Positions 41,153 to 53,364 of a stretch of 64,000 nucleotides of DNA are shown piece after piece. The first letter of the stretch is position 1. The number at the start of each line of letters is the position of its first letter. Source of the stretch: an uncultured Chloroflexia bacterium (lineage in GTDB: Bacteria > Chloroflexota > Limnocylindria > Limnocylindrales > CSP1-4); assembly GCA_963833225.1 (NCBI GenBank), contig CAWHXD010000008.1, forward strand, positions 864,001 to 928,000, written 5' to 3'. The notes below the pieces were generated by a model. That model had not been told where the DNA came from, searched no databases, and was given only the letters and a program-made list of their open reading frames with translations. A program made the position numbers and the translations under genes.

Positions 41153-42460
41153 TCAGGACGCCGTGCCGCCGGTCAGCCGGAGCTCGGCTTCCGCCTCCGT
41201 GACGCGGGCGAGGATCCCTGCCCGCATGGTGTCCAGGCCATCGGACACGGCCTTGCTCACCGTGGCCATCGACGTCAGCTGCGTCTTCAGGCTGCGGATG
41301 GCCTCGAGCTGCTCCTTGACCCCGGTCAGGGCGCGGCTGATCGCCGTTGCGTCCACCTCCACCTCGCGGTCCCCCAGCTTGACCAGCGCCAGGAGCCGGG
41401 CCAGCCGGACCGCGGCCTCGAGATACGACGGGTCCGGTGCCTCTGGGTCAACCACGACATGGACGTCCTCGCCGACGACCGTGAACGGCGCGATGCCCGT
41501 GGGGGCGTGCCGGGTGCTCCAGGCCGCGATCGCGACGGTGGCACCGCGGTTCTCGCGCGCCTCACGGAGCTCGTCACGCATGGCGCGTGGCGACATCGTG
41601 CGGTCCTTGGCCTCCACCACGAGCCGGACGTCCGCGCCGCGCGTCAGCCGCGGGTCCAGCGTCAGCACGAAGTCGCCCTTCTTGGTTCCCGACGAGGGCG
41701 CCGGTCTCGGTCGCCGGTCCGGTCCAGCAGGTCGCCGGCACCGCGCGCCAGCGTCGCCGAGCATGCGCCTCGAGCAGGTCCTCGAAATCGCCGCCCTTGG
41801 CCGCCGACCGCGAGCGCTCCTCGGCGCGCGCCCGGCTCGCCGCCTCGATGGCGGCCAGGCGCTCGTGGACGACCGCGGAACCCCTCGCTGATCTCCTGGC
41901 GGAACTGGTGGAGCGGCGAGCCGAGGCGCGTCGGGTCAAGGAGCAGGGCCAGCCTGGAGGCGTCCCCGTCGAAGTAGGTGCCCAGGAGGCCCCCGCATCC
42001 GGCCGATCGCCGAGTCCCGCTTCGGTCTCATCGAACAGCTCGTTGACGAAGGTGGCGCAGCGCGCCGCGATCGCCAAGGAACCGCTCGAGGGTGCGCGGC
42101 AGGCGGCCGTCACCGTCGGCGAAGTTGGCCCGGAGCACGTCCTCGACGGCTTTGGCTGCCTGCTCGTTGGCCGCGGTCGTCTGGGCGATCAGCTTCTCGA
42201 ACTCGCGCCGGACGACATCGGTGTCCATGGACGTGGCGGCATCCTGGAGCGCCAGCAGGCCGATCCGGCAGCGCCCGCTCCACGATCGCCGGACGGTCCG
42301 CCTCGTCGCGCTCCGCGAGCGAGGCCGCGAGCGCCCCGTCGGCCAGGATCAGGCGCTCGACGAGGATCCGGTCCCCGTGCACGCGCACGGAGGGGCCGAC
42401 GGATGGCCGGCGCACCGGCGAGCTGGCGGGGGTTGGCAGCGGGAGGATTCGGGCTTCCAT
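41153..42460 (-). CDS. Coiled-coil protein with a RmuC/DUF2130-like nuclease-fold domain (several frameshifts)
   Basis: Coiled-coil segments; 'KGGDFEDLL', 'KKGDFVL', 'VVEAKD'. Confidence 0.55.
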
Positions 42461-42489
42461 GGGCGCATCCTGGACGCCACCCGTGCCAC

Positions 42490-43123
42490 CTAGGGTGTCA
42501 CTCGGCGAAGGTGAGGCGATCTGCCCGCGAGATCCCGATCAGGACGCGATGGGACGCACCGGCGACGGCGGGCCGCACCCCGATCGGCCGCCGCGACCGT
42601 TGGCGGCTGCGCCGCCGGTGACGGCTCCGCCCGCAGCTGCACGGCGATCTCGGCCGCCCAGGCACGCACCCGCTGGACGTTCACAGGCCCCATCTGCGTC
42701 GACGGGATCGGCGTCGGCCGGCAGGCCGATCGGCCCGAACACGGCCGCCCCACGAGCACCGACGGACCGGGCCACGGCGCTGACGCTGCAGTCGCCGGGC
42801 GCCGCGGGAGCCGGGCCGACACCCCGCAGCCCGCGGCCGATCGGACCGGCGGAGAACAGCCACAGCGGGCGGCCCTCGATCGCCGTTGCATGGCGCGTCA
42901 GGAACCCCCCGCCGTCGGATCGCCGGCGCGGCACGAACACGCCGCTGCCGAGCACGACAGCCGCATAGGGGGAAGGATCGGCAACCTCGGATGCCACGCG
43001 GCAGTCCACGGTCAGGCCCGAGCGACGCAGCACACCGGCGATGGTGGCCGCGATCCCGGCCGTCGAGCCCGCCTGGCTGGCAAACGCGACGAGCACGCGC
43101 GTGTCGCTCCGTGTGTCGCTCAT
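42490..43123 (-). CDS. Flavodoxin-domain protein (HemG-like; 3' frameshift, end uncertain)
   Basis: VLVAFASQAGSTAGIA, YAAVVLGS, LWLFSAGPIG, alternate-frame VRAWAAEI. Confidence 0.75.
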
Positions 43124-43296
43124 GGCTGCTCCCGTGGTGCTTGCGGGGATCGTGGGGCGGGGCGTTGGCACACGGGAGGGTCGGGGGCCCCGTATTTCGG
43201 GGGGCCGGTGCAGGCCATGACGGGGGCTCGACGGCCCGGGCCGAACGGCCGGTGATCCGCGGGCCTGCCCCCGTGATCCCGGCCCGACGGTGCCGC

Positions 43297-44748
43297 TCAG
43301 GCCTCCAGCATCCGGCCCGGGATTGAGCAGGTTGTGCGGGTCCAGCGCGTGCTTGATCGAGCGCATGACCGCCACCGCGTCCTCGCCTCGCTGGCGGACG
43401 AGCCAGTCGCGACGCGCCGCCCCGATCCCGTGCTCGCCCGTCACCGTGCCGCCCAGGGACAGGGCGGCCTCGTACAGGTCGGCCCGAGCCGCGTCCAGCC
43501 GCACCACGGCCGCATCTCCCTCGGCGCGGTCGAGCACGAATGTCGGGTGCAGGTTCCCGTCCCCGGCGTGGCCGAACGTGCCGATCGACCAGCTGGTGGC
43601 GCTCCCCGATGGCCTCGATCTCGCGGAGCAGCGCGGGCACCCGGCTCCTCGGGACGCCGACGTCCTCCATCCGGGCCACCCCGAGATCCTCCAGGGCCCG
43701 GTAGGCAAGCCGCCGGCCCTGCCGCAGCCACTCGGCCTCCTGCGCGTCCTGGGCCTGGAACACGCTGGTTGAGCCTGCCGCCTCGCAGACGGGCACCGCC
43801 GCGGCGACCTCCGCCTCCGCGGCGCGCCGGGGCAGGTCCGACTCCGACCAGCAGCATCGCCGCGGCGTCACGGTCCAGGCCGAGCCGGTGGACGTCGTCC
43901 ACGGCCCGGATCGTCGTGCGGTCCATCAGCTCCAGGGTCACCGGGCGCAGGCCGGCGGCCGTGAGCCCCGCGACGGCGTCGCCCGCGGCCTCGAGCGACC
44001 CGAAGAAGGCGATCAGCGTGGCCCGGGGCGGCGGTGTCGGCAGCAGGCGCAGCGTCGCCTCGGTGACCAGCGCGAGCGTCCCCTGCGACCCGACCAGCAG
44101 CGGGATGAGGCCGTAGCCGGCCACGTCCTTCACGTTCTTGCCCCCGAGACGCAGGATCGTCGCGTCCGCCATCACGACCTCGAGGCCCAGGACCGCGTCC
44201 CGGGTCACGCCGTACTTCACGCAGCACAGCCCGCCGGCGTTGGTCGCGAGATTGCCGCCGATCGTGCATGTCTCGTACGAGGCCGGGTCGGGCGCATAGA
44301 ACAGGCCCTGCGCCGCCACCGCGGCCTTGAGGTCCGCATTCACCACGCCGGGCTGGGTGGTGACGGTCAGGTTCGCGGGGTCGATCTCGAGCACCCGGTT
44401 CATGCGGGTGAACGCGATCGTGAGCGCGCCCTCGATCCCGGCCGCGGCGCCGGACAGCCCGGTGCCCGCGCCGCGGGGAACGATCGGCACGTCGAACTCG
44501 CCGCACAGCGCCACCAGCGCGGCCACCTGCGCCGTGGTCGTGGGCAGCGCGACCCCGAGCGGCAGCCCGGCCCGGTAGTAGGCGGTCTCGTCAAGCCGGT
44601 ACGACTCGCGATCGGTGGCATCGGCGAGCAGGCGCACGTCGGGCAGGCGAGCCCCGATGGCACGCAACAGGCCGGGGCCGTCGCCGCTCGAGACAGGCCC
44701 GACGGGGGGCTGGGTGCCGGATGGGTGGTCCATGTGCCAAGTATCCAT
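43297..44748 (-). CDS. FAD-linked oxidase, GlcD/D-lactate dehydrogenase family (frameshifts)
   Basis: PRGAGTGLSG, PDPAS, IGGNLATNAGG, KYGVTRD, GHAGDGNLH, TGEHGIG, DPHNLLNPG. Confidence 0.92.
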
Positions 44749-44771
44749 GCTGCGGGGGTACGATCCCAACC

Positions 44772-46200
44772 ATGCTGGGATCCATCGACCGTCGTTCGCT
44801 CCGGGGATTGGCAGCACTGGCGCTCGCCGGCTGCCTGATGGCGGTGGCGGCGCCTGCCCCGAGCCGGGCAACGACCCCGGTCGAGCCGGCCGCGCGACCG
44901 TCGGGCGCCGAGGCGGCGGCCGCCGGCGACCCCGTGCCGGCAGCCGTTCCCGCCTCGGCCATCATCCCCGGCTCGGTCCACCGGGCCTCGCTCCGGATGA
45001 CCGCGACCTATGCCGTGACGGCCCGGCTGGCGCTCGAAGGATCGACGGCTCGCGGGCAAGGTCACCATCACTGCCCGCAACGACTCGGGTGCAGGCGTGG
45101 ACCGCGTCCGTCTCAACACCGTGATGGGCCCGCTCGGACGCCTGTCCCTGCGCGAGGTGACCGTTGACGGCGTCGCTGTCACGCCCTCGATCCACGACCA
45201 GACGATCACCGTCCAGCTCGGCGGCGTCCTGCCGGCCGGAGCGAGCGCCGTGATCGTCGTCCCCTTCCGGGCGACCCTCCGGTCCACGACCTCCGGCAGC
45301 ACCTGGCTGTTCACGCGCGCGAACGGCATCACGTCGATGTACCGCTGGGTGCCCTGGATCAGCCGCACCACCCCCTTCGACCGGCCCAACTTCGGCGACC
45401 CGTTCGTGACCCCGGTGAGCCCGTCGGCCACCCTGCGGCTGCGGACCGACGCCCGGGTCAAGGTCGTGGTCAACGGAACCCGAACCTCGATCTCGGACGA
45501 CGGGCTGGTCACGACCTGGGCCCTCACCAACGTGCGCGACATCGTGGTCAATGCGTCGGCTGACTACCGGACCGCCAAGCGTGCGGTCGGCGACACGCAG
45601 ATCCGCGTCCACACCCGACCCGGCCAGCCGTCGGGGGCCATCCTGGACGCCGCCGAGAACGCCCTGCGCAAGCTTGAGAAGCGGCTGGGACCCTACCCGT
45701 GGCGCGTGCTGCGGATCGTCCAGTCGTCAGGCGGTCTCGGCATGGAGGGGCCTGGCATCGTCTGGATCCCGGCCGGTGTCGCCCCGTCCAACCTGCGCTA
45801 TCTCCTGATGCACGAGGTTGCCCACCAGTGGTTCTACGGCATCGTCGGCAACGACCAGGCCCGGGAGCCGTTCGCGGACGAGGCGATCACGGACATGGTG
45901 GCGCGCTACCTCACGGGCACCCGGCGCGGCTCGCGCTGCGCGAAGGGAACGCTCGACGGCTCGATCTACGACTACTCGTCGGCCTGCTACTACGAGCGGG
46001 TCTACATCCAGGGCGGGAACCTGCTCGACAACACCCGCGACCGGATCGGCACGCACACCTTCTTCGCGGCGCTTCGGCGGTACCTGGCCGACAACCGCTG
46101 GGGTCTCGTCCACACCCGCACGCTGCTCGACGCCCTGGACGACGCGACGCCACTCGACCTCGCCGGGCGCTGGAAGTCGCGCTTCCCCAGCCTGTACTGA
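44772..46200 (+). CDS. Secreted M1-family zinc aminopeptidase (frameshift ~45040)
   Basis: Signal peptide; GMEGPG; HEVAHQWF...DEA; Y..VY..G. Confidence 0.85.
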
Positions 46201-46214
46201 GACCGGGCGCGGCC

Positions 46215-46813
46215 GTGTCTGGATCTCGCATCCAGGTCCGGCTGGCCACCGTCGATGACGCCGCCGCGTGCGCGGCGATCTACGCACCGTACGTGACCGA
46301 TACCGCGGTCTCGTTCGAGCTGTCGCCCCCGGACGCCGACGAGATGCGTGGCCGGATCGCCCGCACCATCGAGCGAACGCCGTGGGTGGTGGTGGAGGTG
46401 GACGGCGTCGTGCGTGGCTATGCGTACGGGACGCGGCACCGGGATCGCGCGGCCTACGACTGGACGGTGGAGACGACCGTCTACGTCGACCGCGCGTACA
46501 CCCGCCGGGGCATCGGCCGGGTCGCGATGGAAGCGCTGCTCGCCATCCTGCGGCTGCAGGGTGCGCACCTCGTGGTCGCCGGGGTCACGCCGCCGAACCC
46601 GGGCTCCGTCGGGCTCCACGAGGCCCTGGGCTTCGCGAGGATCGGCCGGTTCGAGGCGATCGGCTGGAAGCAGGGGCGCTGGCACGGCGTCGAGTGGTTC
46701 GGGCTGGAGCTCGGCCCTCGCGGCAGCCACCCCGCGCCACTGGTCCCGCTGCCACGGCTTGCGGGATCGGCCGCGCTCACAGCCGCCCTCACGCCCAGGC
46801 CCGGGAGGCCTGA
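46215..46813 (+). CDS. GNAT N-acetyltransferase, YncA/Pat family (end inferred; probable 3' frameshift)
   Basis: IYAPYV, SFE, AYDWTVETTVYV, RRGIG, N..S..LHEALGF, GWK.GRW. Confidence 0.85.
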
Positions 46814-46829
46814 CCCGGCGCGGGTCCGC

Positions 46830-47765
46830 TCAGCCGCCGCCCGTCCGACGGTCGGCCGCCAGCGCCTGCGGGAACCACCGCGAGCGCTCCGGGAACACCG
46901 GGCGCCACGCCCGCCACGCGGTCACGAGCCAGGCCGCCAGCACGCGTTCGCGGGCTCCCCAGGGGAACCCGTACGCGTCCCGGATGGCAGCCGGCAGGAG
47001 GCCGATGGCCGGGACCAGGAGCCACGAGGCGGCGCCGGCCGGGACTCGCCCGAGCGCGCGGCGAGGGGTGCGGAGGCCGCACCCAGGCGCACCGCAAGCG
47101 GGCCGTTGGCCACGGCCGGGGCGAGCGGCGGACGCAGGATCGTCCGGGCCAGGTCCCGCGAGGTGGCCGATCGGGTGGACCGGGCCTCCGGCCGCCCACT
47201 GCGCGGCCATCCAGGCGTCGAAGGCGTCGATGTCGGCCGGCAGGAGCGCCTCGGGGATGCCGAACAGCCGCCCGACCGGGCGCGTCTCCGCGTAGAACCG
47301 GGCTCGCCGCTCCGGCGAGAGTGGCGCAAGCCACGCATCCACCGTGGCCAGCGTCGAGTCGATGAGCGTCGCGTGGACCCAGAGCGAGAGCTCCGGATCC
47401 CGCGCGGCATAGGAACCGCCGAGTCGGGCGGCGGCTCGCGGGTCTCGGACCGGGCCGGTCACGCCGCCGTGCAGCCGGTTCAGCCGCCGGATCTCGGCCC
47501 GCGCCTGTCCCGTGGTCCCGTACACGATCCGGAGGTACGAGCGGAGCGTGCCCGCGAGCCGTGCCCAGGGATCCACGCGGAAATCCGAGTGCTGGTCAAC
47601 CCCCTCCGCGACGAGCGGGTGCGCGAGCTGGAGGAGCAGCGCGCGCGGACCGGCACCGAGCAGCAGCGCGGCCTCGCGGTTGAGGTTCCACGCCTCCGAG
47701 CCCGGGCCGTACAGCCCCGGGTCGGACGTCAGCGGTCGCTGGGCCGGCGCCCGACCACCCACCAT
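46830..47765 (-). CDS. Oxygenase MpaB/DUF2236 family protein (start uncertain)
   Basis: GPRALLLQLAHPLVAEGV..HS.F..DPW.RL..T; H..V; Y.A.DP.L..WVHATL. Confidence 0.88.
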   Translation of the reverse strand: MVGGRAPAQRPLTSDPGLYGPGSEAWNLNREAALLLGAGPRALLLQLAHPLVAEGVDQHSDFRVDPWARLAGTLRSYLRIVYGTTGQARAEIRRLNRLHGGVTGPVRDPRAAARLGGSYAARDPELSLWVHATLIDSTLATVDAWLAPLSPERRARFYAETRPVGRLFGIPEALLPADIDAFDAWMAAQWAAGGPVHPIGHLAGPGPDDPASAARPGRGQRPACGAPGCGLRTPRRALGRVPAGAASWLLVPAIGLLPAAIRDAYGFPWGARERVLAAWLVTAWRAWRPVFPERSRWFPQALAADRRTGGG

Positions 47766-48373
47766 GCCGCCGGGAAGACCACGGCTGCCGCGAGGAGCTT
47801 GAGGGTGTCACCGACCAGGAACGGCAGCAGGCCCGTGGTGATGGCGTCGCCGGCGGACAGGCCGACCACGACGGCGAGCCACGGAACACCGAACGCATAG
47901 ATCACGACGGTGCCCAGCGCCGTGGCGCCGACCGCCCCACCGATGCGCCGATCCCAGCCGAGCTCCGCGAGGCGGCCCACCAGCGCCGCGGCGGCAACGA
48001 AGCCCACGAGATAGCCGCCGGTCGCGCCCCAGATCACCGTCAGTCCGCCCCTGCCCTCGGCAAAGAACGGCAGGCCGACGACGCCCAGCAGGACGTACAG
48101 CAGCGCCGCAATGCCGCCCCGCCGCAGCCCCAGGGCGCCGCCCACCACGAGGATCCCGAAGCTCTGCATCGTGAACGGCACGGGGTTCCCGGGCAGGGCC
48201 ACGGAGATCCGCGCGGTCAGGAAGATCAGCAGGGCGCCCGCGACGATCAGGCCGACGTGCCGAAGGCGGGGGGACGCAGCCTCTCCGACGCGGACCGGAA
48301 CGAGGAAATCCGCGATCGTCAGCCCCTTCTCGGTGGCGGGCACCCTGGTGAAGGATGGGATCGCGTGGGTCAT
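47729..48373 (-). CDS. bioY: Biotin transporter BioY
   Basis: PVPFTMQ, LYVLLGVVGLPFFA, TGGYLVGF, PFLVGDTLK. Confidence 0.92.
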   Translation of the reverse strand: MTHAIPSFTRVPATEKGLTIADFLVPVRVGEAASPRLRHVGLIVAGALLIFLTARISVALPGNPVPFTMQSFGILVVGGALGLRRGGIAALLYVLLGVVGLPFFAEGRGGLTVIWGATGGYLVGFVAAAALVGRLAELGWDRRIGGAVGATALGTVVIYAFGVPWLAVVVGLSAGDAITTGLLPFLVGDTLKLLAAAVVFPAAWWVVGRRPSDR

Positions 48374-48490
48374 GGTCTCCCTCGTGCGCCGGCGGCTGGA
48401 CGCCAGCGTCGCGCGGAGTCTACAAGGCGGCTCGCCCGTCGGCCAGCGCCGGACGGCCCACAGTGGCCGCCGGCAAGTCCGGCGGCCGGG

Positions 48491-51044
48491 CTATTCGCCG
48501 CGGACGGCCGCGACGATCGACCGCCGGCCGGCGATCCGTGCGGGCTGGGCCGCCGCGAGCATGGCCAGCACGACGCCCGTGACCAGCGCCAGGGCGATCG
48601 TGGGCAGCGGCAGGCGGATCCCGGCGTCGAGGCGCCCGCCGGCGGTCACGACCAGCAGCACCCCCACGACGGCGCCCGCCGCGGACCCGACGACGGACCC
48701 GATCAGGCCCAGGATCCCCGCCTCCACGACCACGCTGCGCCAGACCTGCGAGCGGCTCATCCCCACAGCCCGCAGCATGCCCAGCTCGCGCACCCGTTCC
48801 GAGGTGTCCATGGTCAGGGTGTTGACGATACCGAGGCCGGCCACGAACACGGCTGCGAGGGCCAGCACATCCAGCAGCCCGAACACGCGATCCAGCGCAT
48901 CGCCAACCGCTCCCTCGACGCTCGAGACGGGAGCCACCGTGAGCGCATATGCCTGGCCGAGCTCGGCAACGGCAGCGTGCGCGGCGGCCGGCGCCCCCGG
49001 CCGGAAGCGGACGGCAAGGGCATCGGCGCCGGTCACCCCGAACCGGGTCTCCGCGTCGCCCCAGCCGACGAGCGCGGTCTGCCCGGCCTGACCCGGGAAC
49101 GAGCTGTCCACGATGCCCACGACCACCAGCTCCGCCGGACCGCCGATCCCGCTCACCAGGAGGGTGTCACCGAGCCCGACTCCCAGGCGATCCGCCCGTG
49201 TCCGCGCCAGGACCACCGCCCCGCCCCGGTCGATGGCGGCGAGCGCCTCGGCCCGATCGCCCGCCGTGAAGGTCAGCCGGCCGTCGAGCGCGAAGTCGGC
49301 ACCGCGGATGGCGGTCGCCTCGAGCCGCGTGCCGGAGAACGCCAGGTCGAACGAAGCCAGCGGCGTGGCCACCGCGACCCCTGGGATGGCCCGAAGCTGC
49401 TCGTCCACGCCACCCTCGCCGACCGGCGCCGGGGCGATGGCCGTCAGGATCACGTCGCCGGGGACGACGTCCGCCAGCCACGCGGTCGCCGCGATCCTCG
49501 CGTTGGCGCTCACTGAGCCGAGCGCGACCACCATCCCGAGCCCCACGACGAGCGTCCCGACGGTCAGCGTCGTCCGCGAGCGATCGCGTCCGACCGCGGC
49601 CCGCGCCAGGCGCTCCTCCAGGCGCACCACGATCGCGAACGGCAGGCCGGCGAGACGCCCCAGCGGCCCGAGCAGGACCGGCGTGACCAGGACGCCGAGC
49701 AGCAGCACCGCGTAGACGGCAACGGCACGCAGCGGCCCGATCGGTGACGCCGCACCGACGGGGAGCAGCACGATCGCGATCACGCCGACGACGGCAATGA
49801 CCACCACCAGCCAGCGGACATGGGCGCGGGCCGCGGCGGCGGGATCGGAGCGCGAGCGCAGCGCGGTCACGGGGCTCACCGAGGCGGCCCGACGCGCCGG
49901 CTCGACGGCCGCAACGAGGGTCACGATCACGCCGACGGCCATGCCCGCCAGGGCCACGGTCGGCGAGATCACCGGCGCGTCCATGGTGACGTTGCCGGCC
50001 GCCCGCAGCCAGCCGGTCACGACCATCGACAGCCCGGCCCCGAGGACGAGACCCAGGAGCGATCCCGCCACGCCCAGCACGAGCGCCTGAATCTCGACGA
50101 TCCGCAGGATCTGGCCGCGGCTCGCCCCGGCCGCGCGCAGGAGGCCCAGCTCCCGGATCCGCTCGACGACGGTCATCGCGGTGGCGTTGAGCACGAGGAA
50201 GGCCGCCGCGAACAGCGTGATCGAGGCCAGCAGCGCCATCGTCGCTCGCAGGTCGGCCGTCGAGGCGCGCATGGACGCCCCGACGTCACCGGGGACCGAC
50301 AGCAGGTACGGCTCGGCGACGAGGGTGCGCTCGATGGCCGCGATCACGTCGTCCAGGTCCGCGCCCGCGGCCAGGACGACGTCGATCCGTGTGAGGCCCG
50401 TGAGGGCATCGGCCGGTGGCGGCTCGTCGCCCGTCGAGGAGGAGCTGGTGCGCCGTCCCGATCGGGAGGACGACCGTCCGTCCCGAGGAACCGAGCGCCG
50501 GTCCATCGCCGGCGAGAATCCCCGTCACCGTGACGGACACGGGCGCACCGCCGCCCAGGATCGACAGCGAGGAGCCGAGCTCGAGACCCTCGGCCGCGGC
50601 CAGCGTCTCCGTGATGAGCGCCCCCGTCCCCCACGCGCCGGCGAGTGGCTCGCCGCTCGCGAGGTCAAGGTCTCGGACACGCGGCTCGCGATCGGGGTCG
50701 ATGCCAAGCACCGTCACCGGGGCCGTTTGCGGGGGGCCGCCTGGCGCCGGCGCCAGGAATGATCGCCGCTCGATGGCGGGTGCGGTGAGCGCGACGCCGG
50801 GCACCGTGTCCAGCGCCGTCAGGCTCGTGGCCGACAGCCCGGACTCGGCAAAGGCGGCGACCCGCAGGTCTGCCCGGCCGACCAGCGATGCGACGGTGCG
50901 ATCGATCGAGGCGTCGAGGCCGGCGTTGGTCGCGAGGGCCGCCACCAGCACCGCGACGCCGATGGCGATCCCCAGGATCGTGAGGATGCTGCGCGTAGGG
51001 CGCGCGGCGAGCCCGCGCCACGCGTACGGGAGGAGACCGCGCAT
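48491..51044 (-). CDS. FtsX/MacB-type ABC permease with duplicated halves (frameshift ~50430)
   Basis: RSILTILGIAIGVA; two 'ER.RELG.LRA.G.SR.Q' motifs. Confidence 0.9.
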
Positions 51045-51060
51045 CCGGGTCCGGCCGCCG

Positions 51061-51864
51061 CTACAGGCCCAGCTGGGCCAGCCGGGCGATCAGCGGGGTG
51101 GCGGCGTGGTCCGACCGACGACCGAGCACGATCTCCTCGCGGATGGTCCCGTCGCCAACCACCAGGACCCGGTCCGCGAAGGCCGCGGCCTTGGCGTCGT
51201 GGGTGACCAGCACGATCGTCTGGCCGCGGGTCATGCAGGTTCGCCACAGGGCGTCGAGGATGTCCGTGCCGGTCCGGAAGTCAAGGTTGCCCGTGGGCTC
51301 GTCCGCGAACAGGAGCGCCGGGCGGGTGACGATGGCGCGGGCAACGGCAACGCGCTGCTGCTCGCCGGCCGAGAGCTGCTCGGGCTTGTGGCGTTCCTTG
51401 CCCGTGAGGTCGACGCCGGCGATCGCGTCGCGAACCCGCGCCGCAAGCTCGCCGCGCCGCGGGTCCTGGCCAGCGATGGTGAACGGCAGCCCCACGTTCT
51501 CCACCACGTCGAGCAGCGGGATCAGGTTGAACGACTGGAACACGAAGCCGGTGCGCTCTCGCCGCAGGCGGGTCGCGGCGTCATCCGACAGCCGGCTGAT
51601 GTCCTCGCCCTCGAACAGCACCTGTCCGGATGTGGGCCGGTCGAGACCGCCGAGGAGCTGGAGCAGGGTGGACTTGCCCGATCCCGACGGGCCCATCAGC
51701 GCCACGAACTCGCCGGGCTTCACGGCCAACGACACGCCGCGTACGGCGTCCACGGTCTCGCCGGGCATCCGGTACTGCCGGGTGACGCCGCGCGCCTCGA
51801 GGATCGGGAGGCCCGGGTCGCGGGTCGCAGAAGTCGTGGCCGGGGCCGCTGCTGACTGGATCAT
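51061..51864 (-). CDS. ABC transporter ATP-binding protein (LolD/MacB-like)
   Basis: GPSGSGKST, FQSFNL, LSAGEQQRVA, ADEPTGNLD, VTHD. Confidence 0.95.
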   Translation of the reverse strand: MIQSAAAPATTSATRDPGLPILEARGVTRQYRMPGETVDAVRGVSLAVKPGEFVALMGPSGSGKSTLLQLLGGLDRPTSGQVLFEGEDISRLSDDAATRLRRERTGFVFQSFNLIPLLDVVENVGLPFTIAGQDPRRGELAARVRDAIAGVDLTGKERHKPEQLSAGEQQRVAVARAIVTRPALLFADEPTGNLDFRTGTDILDALWRTCMTRGQTIVLVTHDAKAAAFADRVLVVGDGTIREEIVLGRRSDHAATPLIARLAQLGL

Positions 51865-51970
51865 GCGCGAGATCGAGCCTCGTGAGGCGGGTGGGTTCCC
51901 ACCGTACTGGTGCGGTGCGGTGCAGTCAGCGGACCGATGGTCCCGGGCGCCGATGGGACCCCGACGCGGA

Positions 51971-52916
51971 TCAGAAGCCGAAGAACTGGGAGGTGACGGT
52001 GAACAGGATAGAGTCCACCAGCCCCCGGTCGGCGGGCGCGTCAACGATCCGCAGGCCTCCGGCCGGGAGGAGTGCCGCCGTTCCAGGCGGGGAGGTCCGC
52101 CTCGGCCGGCTCCGGCAGCAGACGCCGGGCTGGGCTGCGGGACAGCGGGGCTCGGGGTCGGGCCAGGAGTGGGTGATGCCGTCGGGGCCGGTGACGGCGT
52201 GGGGGCGTCGGTCGGCCGCGGCTTCCTCGTCGGTTCCGGGGTGGGTGCCTTCGTGCGCTCGGGCTTGGGCGTCGAGTGGGCGGTCGCGGCGGGCTTGGGC
52301 GTTGGCTTGGGCGTGGGCTTGGGCGTGGGCCGGCGCCTCCACCGCCGCACGGTCTGCGAACAGCACCGTCCACACGTAGTGGTCGCCCGTCGTCCGGTAG
52401 GCACCCACCGCGACCACATCCCAGTCCTTGCCCATGATGTTCTTCCGGTGATCCGACGAGTCCATGAACAGGTTGAAGACGTAGGCGGTGACGTCCATCC
52501 TCGGACGCATCCGGCCAGGTCGCGTTGCCGATGTTCTCGCCGGCCAGGTTGAAGCAGTAGTCGTACTTGTACTGCATGTACCAGAACACGTTGTGGTCGG
52601 CGCCGGGTCCCGGGATCGTGTGCGAGAAGTAGTCCCGATCACCATGTCCTTGCTTCGCCAGCGCGCGATCGTCCGCAGCGCGGTGTCCAGCTTGAGCGTG
52701 CGCCGCCCGGCCCGACGCGCGGGCCTGGTTCTGCAGCGAGATGAGCTGCGACTCGGAGCCCGAGCTGAAGGCGTTCTCGTCCCAGGCCGCGCCGTGGGGC
52801 GCCAGCACCAGGCCCGCGAACGACGACAGGGCGACCGCCAGCGCGATGACGGCCGACAGATGCCTCGATGGGCGTGCCGGGAACCATGAGCGGTGGAGCG
52901 TCGCAAGCAGGGTCAT
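51971..52916 (-). CDS. Secreted CAP/SCP-domain protein with Pro-rich tail (frameshifts)
   Basis: Signal peptide; NQARA, ARWRSKDM, YFSH, GENI, FMDSSDHRKNIM, WTVLF spread across frames. Confidence 0.82.
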
Positions 52917-53162
52917 GCGGGGCAGGGTTCTCGCAGGTCGCCCGGCGGGGAACCGGGCCTGGCTCCATGATCGGCGCCTGCGGCCTGCGTTTCTGCCGCG
53001 CAAAGGTCCCGGCCGCCCCGAACCGCGGTACGGGGCACCCCGGGGCATCCGGTACCCCTGGCCGCCGAGGCTGCGGCACCATGGGGGCTCGCCGTTTCCG
53101 GTACACTCCGCGACGCCCCATGGGTCAACGCGCGCCACGAGCGCCTCAGCACCCGGGCGCTT

Positions 53163-53238
53163 GGTGGCCTTAGCTCAATGGCAGAGCATCGGATTGTGGC
53201 TCCGAAGGTTGCGGGTTCGAGCCCCGTAGGCCACCCCA
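53163..53238 (+). tRNA. tRNA-His (GTG) with G-1 and encoded CCA
   Basis: Acceptor GTGGCCT/AGGCCAC, anticodon arm TCGGA-TTGTGGC-TCCGA, T-loop GTTCGA, C discriminator. Confidence 0.97.
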
Positions 53239-53364
53239 ACTCCCGATCGGCGACTCGTGGCAGGTCGGCCCGCTTCGCCGGCGACCAACCCGATGCGCCG
53301 GGTCGCGGTAGCATCGCGAGCGCCAGACCCGTGTCCGGCACCAGGGGCGCAGCGCGGAGCATCC

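Noticed and set aside
42539-43708. Apparent GlcD-flavodoxin fusion
   Set aside because: Read-through from an indel near the glcD-like stop; the flavodoxin has its own RBS and ATG at 43123 and the linker is not protein-like
45699-47900. 733-aa ORF containing a GNAT domain
   Set aside because: Only ~46215-46813 looks coding; the flanks are off-frame or antisense to real genes
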